64,000 bases of DNA from Candidatus Daviesbacteria bacterium GW2011_GWA1_41_61 (lineage in GTDB: Bacteria; Patescibacteriota; Microgenomatia; Daviesbacterales; UBA10151). The notes under the pieces are model-generated. The model searched no databases. It saw only the letters and a program-made list of their open reading frames with translations, and had not been told where the DNA came from. This document shows positions 57,490-64,000 of this stretch, piece after piece; the stretch's first letter is position 1; each line of letters opens with the position of its first letter. The stretch covers positions 243,663-307,662 of the forward strand of contig LCBT01000001.1 in the NCBI GenBank assembly GCA_000997385.1, read 5' to 3'. The translations under genes and the position numbers were made by a program.

Positions 57490-58342
57490 GATGTCCTGGC
57501 TGGATCTTTCCTTGCAAACTTCTTAACTCTTTTAAGGCTTTTCTGGCTTCTTCTTTATCAGGCGGCTTACCGTGCCATTGAAAGTCATTTTCCATAAAGT
57601 CCACCCCTTTTCCAGGGATAGTGTGGGCGATAATCAAAGTAGGTTTTTCAAAGATTGCTTTAGCTTCTTCAAAAGAACCAATAATAGCCTCAAAGTTATG
57701 TCCGTCAATCTCCAGCACATGCCAACCAAAAGCCTCATATTTTTCTTTTAAGGGCTCCAGGGGCATAACATCTTCCGTAAAGCCGTCTATTTGAATATTA
57801 TTACGGTCTATTAAAGCCGTGAGGTTGTGCAGTTTATATTTACCGGCAAAAAGTACCGCTTCCCAGACATTGCCGCAGTCCTGTTCAGCATCAGACATTA
57901 AACAGACCACCCTCCATTTAGCCTCATCCCTCAGCCCCGCTAAGGCCATACCTGAGGATTGAGAAAGCCCTAATCCCAAAGGACCGGAAGTAGTCTCCAG
58001 TCCCAACAAAGAGCCGCGGTGAGGATGGCCTTGCAGTCTGGAACCTAACTTCCGAAGAGTCAAAAGCTCATGGTGAGGAAAATACCCGGCATGAGCTAAA
58101 GTAGCATATAAAACCGGACAGATATGGCCATTGGATAAAACCAGTCTATCCCTATCCTGCCACTGAGGATTTTTACAGTTATGCCTTAAGATATGGAAAT
58201 AAAGGGCGGTGAAAATATCAGCCATACCCAGCGGTCCGGCACTATGGCCTGAACCAGCTTGATAGAGCATGGTGATAATATCCTCACGGATGAAGGTGGC
58301 TTTTGCTTCTAACTCCGCTATCTTTTGGGCAGAGAGACTCAT
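57482..58342 (-). CDS. Transketolase, N-terminal (TPP-binding) subunit
   Basis: GSGH, DRLVLSNGH, LQGHP, GPLG.G, SDAE..G..WEA, DRNNIQIDG, WHGK. Confidence 0.93.
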   Translation of the reverse strand: MSLSAQKIAELEAKATFIREDIITMLYQAGSGHSAGPLGMADIFTALYFHILRHNCKNPQWQDRDRLVLSNGHICPVLYATLAHAGYFPHHELLTLRKLGSRLQGHPHRGSLLGLETTSGPLGLGLSQSSGMALAGLRDEAKWRVVCLMSDAEQDCGNVWEAVLFAGKYKLHNLTALIDRNNIQIDGFTEDVMPLEPLKEKYEAFGWHVLEIDGHNFEAIIGSFEEAKAIFEKPTLIIAHTIPGKGVDFMENDFQWHGKPPDKEEARKALKELRSLQGKIQPGHHD

Positions 58343-58350
58343 ATTAAAAA

Positions 58351-59022
58351 CTATTGAATGGCAAAACCGTCTTCACTGCTTACCTTCATTGCCTTGTGCC
58401 TGTCTGCTTCAACTTCATCCTCAAATTCGGTAATCGCCTTCAACACCTGATAGGGGGTAGTGGCAATCTTAAAAACTTCTAACTCCTCCGGACGAAGCAA
58501 GAGGTTAGCTTTTAAAGTTCTCATAATCTTCTGCCAAAAATCTCCATATAAAATTAGCGGTTTATGATGACCAAAATAAATCCTGGCCAGCCCCCAGGCC
58601 ATCCCGAACTCAGACATTGTTCCTGAAGCTCCGTTAAAGACGATATAAACCTGTCCTTCTTTTAATAAAGTCAAGGTTCTTTCTATATAGGTGGTAGTTT
58701 TAATCTCTTCGTCAATGGGATTACTAACATCCCGACCTTCAAAGTGGTCGGCATCTTTAGGATAAAAAGTGACACCGATAACTTTCCCCCCTCCGGCCTT
58801 AGCACCCAAGGTAGCTGCTTCCATCACCCCCGGACCTCCGCCATCAACAACTGTATAACCGGCCTCAGCTAAAGATTGACAGACCTTATAGGCATCCTTG
58901 TAAACCTTATCGGCGGGCTTGGCATCGGCAAAGCCAAAGACTGTGACTTTTTCAATAGCCCGGGCTTTAGGCGGAGGTTGCGGCTTGCCTAATTTTTTCC
59001 AAATTCTGAGCAATGTTTCCAT
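58351..59022 (-). CDS. LOG-family (lysine decarboxylase-like) nucleotide-binding protein
   Basis: VTVFG, GGGPGVMEA...GA, ER, G..GT..E; overlaps the rpe 3' end by 56 nt. Confidence 0.8.
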   Translation of the reverse strand: METLLRIWKKLGKPQPPPKARAIEKVTVFGFADAKPADKVYKDAYKVCQSLAEAGYTVVDGGGPGVMEAATLGAKAGGGKVIGVTFYPKDADHFEGRDVSNPIDEEIKTTTYIERTLTLLKEGQVYIVFNGASGTMSEFGMAWGLARIYFGHHKPLILYGDFWQKIMRTLKANLLLRPEELEVFKIATTPYQVLKAITEFEDEVEADRHKAMKVSSEDGFAIQ

Positions 59023-59683
59023 CAGTTAAATATTGTCCTATGATTAGATTATCAGCTCCCGCCTCTACTATTAGTTTAGCATTTTTCTCAGTAATGCCAC
59101 CATCCACCTCTATTTTAAAGTTTAACTTATTTTGACGTCTAATATCAGCAGCCTTTTTGACTCTTTCTATAGCCCGCATATCAAATTGCTGCCCCCCAAA
59201 ACCAGGATTAACACTCATTATAAGTAAAACATTAATGTCATAAAGATAAGGATTAAGTTCTTCCATCGGAGTATCTAAGTTAATAGCTAAACCACTTTCA
59301 ATACCTTCATCCTTAATATGCAAGCCATGATCTTCAATATAATCTAGATTACTACGAACATAATCCTCCCAACGTTCACTTCCTGGTGATCTGGGGTCAG
59401 ATTCAAGGTGAATAATAATTCTTTCAAATTCTTGTTCTATCAGCTCTTTTATCCACTCAATCGGGTGAAACACCATTAGGTGAGCCTCTCTTTTTAACTT
59501 AGTAGGATAACGGGCAACTATGTCCAAACTAATACTTATGTTTTGAACAAATGTATTATCCATGAGGTCTATTTGTACCCATCCTCCCTCAAACTCCTGA
59601 CAAGAGTGGATCTTCTCCAGCTTTTGACGGTACTGTTTCTCAGTGGTGGCTAAAATAGCCGGAATAATTTGAATTTTAGTCAT
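58967..59683 (-). CDS. rpe: Ribulose-phosphate 3-epimerase
   Basis: IIPAIL, QIDLMD..FV.N, AHLMV, IHLE, MSVNPGFGGQ, IEVDGG. Confidence 0.9.
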   Translation of the reverse strand: MTKIQIIPAILATTEKQYRQKLEKIHSCQEFEGGWVQIDLMDNTFVQNISISLDIVARYPTKLKREAHLMVFHPIEWIKELIEQEFERIIIHLESDPRSPGSERWEDYVRSNLDYIEDHGLHIKDEGIESGLAINLDTPMEELNPYLYDINVLLIMSVNPGFGGQQFDMRAIERVKKAADIRRQNKLNFKIEVDGGITEKNAKLIVEAGADNLIIGQYLTDGNIAQNLEKIRQAATSA

Positions 59684-60125
59684 ACTGCTTCTCTACTTCT
59701 TCAATCTTTCCTAAACGGCGAATATGACGGGGATCTTGAGAAAAAGGAGTTTGCAGAAATGTTTGGACAACTGCCCAAGCCATCTGCTCCTTTAAAACAT
59801 CAGCCGGTAAAGAAATAACATTAGCGTCTTCATCTTCCCTGGCCTGTTTAGCCCGGGCGGTATCAAAAACTAAAGCTGATCTTATCCCGGGGACTTTATT
59901 GGCCACCATATCCACTCCAGCCCCCGAGCCACAAAAAAGAATTCCTTTGTTCTCTTCAGATGTTACAGTAGCTTCAGCTACTTTTAAAGCATAATCAACA
60001 TAATCATCAGCAGGGTTCAAGCGGTCATTTCCTAAATCAGTTACCTCAAACCCTTCATCAATCAGCCTTTTCTTGATTCTTTCTTTCAACTGGAAACCTC
60101 TGTGATCTGCACCAATGTAAACCAT
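59676..60125 (-). CDS. rpiB: Ribose-5-phosphate isomerase B
   Basis: IGADHRG, DDYVD, CGSGAG..M.ANKV.GIR, ANVI.L, RH.RR. Confidence 0.92.
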   Translation of the reverse strand: MVYIGADHRGFQLKERIKKRLIDEGFEVTDLGNDRLNPADDYVDYALKVAEATVTSEENKGILFCGSGAGVDMVANKVPGIRSALVFDTARAKQAREDEDANVISLPADVLKEQMAWAVVQTFLQTPFSQDPRHIRRLGKIEEVEKQYD

Positions 60126-60128
60126 AAC

Positions 60129-60698
60129 TTAATTTAACTCAAACAGCCGCTTAAATACAAGGTAGGTAGCCTTGGCGTCATCCAAAGCCTGATGGCTTTC
60201 TCCTCTCTCTAATTTTAAATATTTACAAATTTGTCCTAAACTAAATCTTTTAAGAACTCTTTTGTTAAATAACTTGAGATAAACCATCGGCATCACATCC
60301 AGCCGGTGGTAATAAAAAGGATCTTGCCTTCCTAAAGCAAAATATGCTTTATCTAACAACGCCCAATCATAAGTTACATTATAGCCAACCAACACTCCGC
60401 CCTGGGCAAATTGATCCAATTTCTCCAAAGCTTCTTTCAAGGTTAAAGCATCTTTCCAAGCCTCTTTAGAGTACCCTACCATCTTCAACGCTACTTTGTC
60501 AGCCGCTGGCAAATTATCAGGTTTAACCTTAATAGAGAATTTATCTAAGATTTTAAATGGTCTTTTAGAGTTGACTTTGACTGCCCCGATCTCAATGATT
60601 TCATGTTTTTGAACCTCCAAACCAGTTCCTTCAAGATCTAAAAAGATTAGAGGACGATCCCGCATCACCGTTTTATGAGCATCAGTCTTAATATCCAT
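60129..60698 (-). CDS. DEDDh 3'-5' exonuclease (DnaQ-like)
   Basis: FLDLEGTGL..EIIEIGA, GYNVTYD, HQALDDA. Confidence 0.9.
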   Translation of the reverse strand: MDIKTDAHKTVMRDRPLIFLDLEGTGLEVQKHEIIEIGAVKVNSKRPFKILDKFSIKVKPDNLPAADKVALKMVGYSKEAWKDALTLKEALEKLDQFAQGGVLVGYNVTYDWALLDKAYFALGRQDPFYYHRLDVMPMVYLKLFNKRVLKRFSLGQICKYLKLERGESHQALDDAKATYLVFKRLFELN

Positions 60699-60793
60699 AA
60701 ATCCTGTTTGATATATTACGACAGAGTTGACCAGTTTTGCTAGGGGTGATATAAAATTATCACCTGATAATATTCCTTATTGAGTAATTTGAC

Positions 60794-61420
60794 TCAAACA
60801 AAAGTTTCCGGTAGTTGGGCTTTTAACTCTTCAACAGTTGTATCTCCTCCATGACCAGGATAAACCATAGTCCTTCCTGCCAGTTTCAAAATTTTCTTGA
60901 CAGATTTTGCCAGCTGGGAAAAAGAAGCATACCGAAGATCAGTTCTTCCCACTATCCCCCCAGCAAAAAGCAGATCCCCGCAAACTAACAGATGATCTTT
61001 TTTACTGTAAAGACAGACTCCTCCTGGGGTATGTCCGGGTGTTTCTATCACCTCCAGCTTCTCTTCTCCTAAAGAAAGGGTTTTTTCTTCCGGAAAAGGG
61101 AATGGTTCCACAAGCAATGGATCTGCTTTAACAGCGGTAAAATGTTCAGCACTATTTTTGGCCTGTTTTAATAAAAAGAGGTCTTTAGGATGAATATAAA
61201 AAGGAATTTTACAAGTTAAAGCTATTTCACTCACAGCTAAAACATGGTCAAAATGCCCATGGGTGGCTGCCACCCAAAAAGGTTTTAAGTTTAATTTGGC
61301 AATCTGATCAATAATATATTCCCCATCATCCCCGGGATCAATAATCCCGACATTACCTGAAGCTTCCACCAGATAACAATTAGTTTTAAGTTGTCCAACA
61401 ATTAAAGGAATAATTTTCAT
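60794..61420 (-). CDS. MBL-fold metallo-hydrolase (glyoxalase II-like)
   Basis: TNCY, IDPG, THGHFDH, TPGHTPG, GDLLF, GRTD, PGHG. Confidence 0.92.
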   Translation of the reverse strand: MKIIPLIVGQLKTNCYLVEASGNVGIIDPGDDGEYIIDQIAKLNLKPFWVAATHGHFDHVLAVSEIALTCKIPFYIHPKDLFLLKQAKNSAEHFTAVKADPLLVEPFPFPEEKTLSLGEEKLEVIETPGHTPGGVCLYSKKDHLLVCGDLLFAGGIVGRTDLRYASFSQLAKSVKKILKLAGRTMVYPGHGGDTTVEELKAQLPETFV

Positions 61421-61523
61421 AAAAAATATCATACCATGAAGCATCAAACCTCAATCAAGCTTCCATCCAAGATCATTTGATGCTAAAATGAGCAAAGCTC
61501 TTACTTCATAATAGGCTAAATAT

Positions 61524-61594
61524 TTGGGGGTCATCTAATGGTAGGATAATAGGCTCTGAACCTATCAATCATGGTCCGAATCCATGCCCCCAAG
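61524..61594 (+). tRNA. tRNA-Gln(CTG)
   Basis: Acceptor TTGGGGG/CCCCCAA (U1-A72), anticodon arm ATAGG-CTCTGAA-CCTAT, T arm CATGG-TCCGAAT-CCATG, discriminator G; CCA not encoded. Confidence 0.88.
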
Positions 61595-61637
61595 CACTTC
61601 GAGTACAATTAGAACCGCTTTTGGTATACTTATTTTT

Positions 61638-62102
61638 GTGAAAAATCTTTATCAAAATTCTCAACTATTAACCCAAAAAGATTTTAAAAAATTAGAAAAA
61701 GCTTTTGAATATGCATGGTCAAAAGAAACAACTAGTCCGATTATAGAAGACGAATGGTCAGAAGATAATAAAGCATACGGACAATGTGCCATTACAGCTT
61801 TAATCATTTGTGATTTATATGGAGGTAGAATAATTTATGATAAAGGTAACTTACACGTTTGGAATGAATTACCCGATGGAACACAACAAGATTTTAGTAG
61901 AAAACAATATAAAGAAGATCTAATTTTTACGATTTACAAATATAAAACTAAAGGAGATTTGTTATCTGACAATTATGGTCGAAAAACGCAAATTACCCCA
62001 AGATACCAATTACTAAAACAAAGACTAGAAGCAAAACTCAAAAGATTAAAATTCAATGTTAATTCATTAGTAATTTTACTTCCCCTCAATCGATTAAGAT
62101 AA
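61638..62102 (+). CDS. YunG-like hypothetical protein (Cys-His motif)
   Basis: AWS.ET....WS.DN.AYGQCAITAL...D.YGG.I...HVWN......DF...Q; GTG start 7 nt after TG-n-TATACT. Confidence 0.65.
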   Translation: MKNLYQNSQLLTQKDFKKLEKAFEYAWSKETTSPIIEDEWSEDNKAYGQCAITALIICDLYGGRIIYDKGNLHVWNELPDGTQQDFSRKQYKEDLIFTIYKYKTKGDLLSDNYGRKTQITPRYQLLKQRLEAKLKRLKFNVNSLVILLPLNRLR

Positions 62103-62198
62103 TTAGATTTTCTTTAAAGTTTTTGTTTGTTTTGAAGTTTTTTTTACTTTGATACTTTTTACAGCTTCAAAATCTAGGACTGCCTTACATTTTCCCAT
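62103..62198 (-). CDS. 31-aa Lys-rich peptide, candidate radical SAM substrate/RiPP precursor (not in ORF track)
   Basis: AAAGGAGGT RBS 8 nt before ATG 62198; MGKCKAVLDFEAVKSIKVKKTSKQTKTLKKI*; extended -10 TGT-TATACT at 62253-62245; directly downstream of two radical SAM genes. Confidence 0.7.
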   Translation of the reverse strand: MGKCKAVLDFEAVKSIKVKKTSKQTKTLKKI

Positions 62199-62255
62199 TT
62201 TTAAATACCTCCTTTCTTGGTTTAAATTCAGATTTATAACTATGAGTATAACATA

Positions 62256-63224
62256 TCAATCAAAAAAATGAGCTACGATATTATCGTAGTCGATAATATT
62301 TCTCATATTACTACGGCTTACATATGCCTGAGAATTTTCCATTATTTCTTTGAAAGCTGATATTTTAGCATCTAACACTTGTTTCTTTAAATTAGAAAAT
62401 GTTTCAGTAGGATATTTGCAAAGTGCCAATTTGAGAGGAAAGCCATACCACGGTAAAACATATCCATTTGGTAATATATGTAAAGAAGGTATTGTAAAAA
62501 GAACCTTATTTTTTTGTAATTCAGTCTTCTTTACAAGATTTGAAGTCAAATAAATATTATATTTCTCTTTCAGACGTTTAAGCGTACTATTAAGTGAAAT
62601 CAAGTGTTTTTCATCACAACCAATTGTTTGTTTGTGTTTTATTGCTCTCCCATAAAAATCAACGTGAGAAAAACGAATTGCCCGAACTCCTTTATCGATA
62701 CATATATTAACTACATCTTCCATATAAGGAAGCGTCTGAGGAGTTACCATAGATTGCACAAAGACAGGAATTTTTTCGACCTGTAATAGGCTAAGGGCAT
62801 CAATAGCTGCAACATAACTACTATCTTGCCTTCGTAACCAATCATGAGTTCTTTTACATCCATCGATACTTATTCCTACACCGTCTACATACTTCTTAAA
62901 TCTGTGCAGGTTCGTTCTATTAAGCAAAATGCCATTTGTAAAAATGTAGACTTTTATTTGGCTATTGAGTTGCTTTATGTATTTTACCAGAGGAACAATT
63001 TTCTTTAACACCAAGAGAGGTTCACCCCCAGAAATCGTAAATGCGTTAAAACCATTATCTATTAAATCTTTAAGTACTAATTTCCAATCATCCAATTCCA
63101 ATTCCTCAGCTAAAGAATGTCCTGCTTCCGTAAAACAATGTAAACATTGTAAGTTGCATTGTTTGGTAATTTCTAAGAGAACATGACGGTGAAAATTATA
63201 ATTTTTGACTAAAATATTATTCAT
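62256..63224 (-). CDS. Radical SAM protein (SPASM/twitch-family-like core, auxiliary Cys not evident)
   Basis: EITKQCNLQCLHC (CxxxCxxC), ISGGEPLL, FTNG, ISIDG...HD..R, YGRA. Confidence 0.9.
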   Translation of the reverse strand: MNNILVKNYNFHRHVLLEITKQCNLQCLHCFTEAGHSLAEELELDDWKLVLKDLIDNGFNAFTISGGEPLLVLKKIVPLVKYIKQLNSQIKVYIFTNGILLNRTNLHRFKKYVDGVGISIDGCKRTHDWLRRQDSSYVAAIDALSLLQVEKIPVFVQSMVTPQTLPYMEDVVNICIDKGVRAIRFSHVDFYGRAIKHKQTIGCDEKHLISLNSTLKRLKEKYNIYLTSNLVKKTELQKNKVLFTIPSLHILPNGYVLPWYGFPLKLALCKYPTETFSNLKKQVLDAKISAFKEIMENSQAYVSRSNMRNIIDYDNIVAHFFD

Positions 63225-64000
63225 TATCTTGTTTTTGCTAATTTCATATAATTACGAAGTGTTTTTGGACAACCACCACGATTCAGGCAAGCAGAAAAGT
63301 GAGTTGAAGATAAATAACTATAACCACAATAGTCTCTATCTTGTATTTGTTGATGAAAGTTAACATTGGTCTTCAATAAATCCTTAATATTATCTGTCAC
63401 AAGATTACCTATCTTGTATTCATCAGAGAGGTATGACAATTCAACGCAAGGGTACAAGTCCCCTTTATAAGAAATAAACAAGTCACTGTTACTACATTCA
63501 CAACGGAATTGATAATTTTTTAATATTTTTTCGTGGTAGATACTCTTAATAATATTTATTAAGTATCTTTGATCTTCGATTAATGGTCTTTTTAGCTTTA
63601 AAATTACCTCATTATCGTTGGCTCGACCATTGAAGACAAAATCATTAATTTTAATTTCATTTATTCCTGTATCTTTTGCAAATAATACAAGCTCTTCAAG
63701 ATCGTTAATAGTAATATTTGATACGGTAGCACTAATAACAACTGAAATACCTAATTTTTGAATTTTTTTAATATTATTCATAATAATTAACACTTTATCT
63801 CTTTTTAAAATCTTATTATGCTCGTCCACTAAAGAATCAAGACTAAAAGCTACAATCGAAATATATTTTTTAAAATTTACTAAAAGTTTGTTAGTAATTA
63901 AACTCCCATTAGTAAATATTGAAACTAGCATTTCTTTTTGGTGTGCGTATTTAACTAAATTCCAAAAATAATCTTTTATTAGTGGCTCACCTCCAGTAAA
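63224..64000 (-). CDS. Radical SAM/SPASM-type protein (5' part beyond window)
   Basis: Frame open to the window end (FTGGEPLIK...SIFTNG), SLDS, GRA, CECS...ISYKGDLYPC...IGN...C..C..C.P SPASM-like Cys; 1-nt overlap with the next radical SAM gene. Confidence 0.88.
   Translation of the reverse strand, partial: FTGGEPLIKDYFWNLVKYAHQKEMLVSIFTNGSLITNKLLVNFKKYISIVAFSLDSLVDEHNKILKRDKVLIIMNNIKKIQKLGISVVISATVSNITINDLEELVLFAKDTGINEIKINDFVFNGRANDNEVILKLKRPLIEDQRYLINIIKSIYHEKILKNYQFRCECSNSDLFISYKGDLYPCVELSYLSDEYKIGNLVTDNIKDLLKTNVNFHQQIQDRDYCGYSYLSSTHFSACLNRGGCPKTLRNYMKLAKTR

Noticed and set aside
60745-60764. Inverted repeat GGTGATA-N6-TATCACC
   Set aside because: Could be an operator or weak terminator, but it is a single short instance with no assignable regulator.
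61584-61637. N-terminal extension of the YunG-like ORF
   Set aside because: The ATG lies inside tRNA-Gln; GTG 61638 after a -10 box is more plausible.
1-64000. CRISPR array, cas genes, rRNA, integrase or transposase
   Set aside because: No regularly spaced repeat-spacer series and no recognisable motifs seen; the only exact long repeat noticed has two copies flanking fic.
1-64000. Alternative genetic code (TGA read as Gly or Trp)
   Set aside because: Conserved genes are full length under code 11 and several end at TGA where expected (for example serS, fic, greA).

Overview
Gene-dense, AT-rich bacterial chromosome segment read with the standard code (TGA is a stop). The gene content and style suggest a Patescibacteria/CPR genome, probably Microgenomates-like; this is inference. 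Supporting traits are stand-alone receiver proteins, HppA, class II RNR, split transketolase, DUF5674-like and Pro/Thr-linker surface proteins, and few Shine-Dalgarno sites. Core genes: ftsE-ftsX-M23 hydrolase, tsaE, secA, ugd, serS, lysS, greA, hppA, lon, nrdR-nrdJ-cobO, peptidoglycan enzymes, dsbAB, mgtE, fba/pfkB, a pentose-phosphate cluster, tRNA-Glu(CTC) and tRNA-Gln(CTG). There are three accessory blocks: (i) a 9-gene CsoR-boxed copper operon (39.0-45.8 kb); (ii) a defence-like region (46.5-56.5 kb) with a type III-like Mod/Res pair split by an ATPase-wHTH gene, an HsdS-like stub, a protease and a Fic gene bracketed by perfect 30-bp direct repeats; (iii) an AT-rich island after tRNA-Gln with two radical SAM genes followed by an unannotated 31-aa Lys-rich peptide gene with a strong RBS and its own promoter-like motif. 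Block (iii) is the best candidate for an undescribed RiPP-like system and is truncated by the window edge. Other notable signals are a circularly permuted M23 peptidase domain, an active/degenerate pair of DPP-III-like (M49) proteins, recurrent leaderless promoter architecture, a 2-bp frameshift in a TreT-like glycosyltransferase, and short palindromes lying in frame inside genes. All family assignments come from recognising motifs by eye; no database searches were run.
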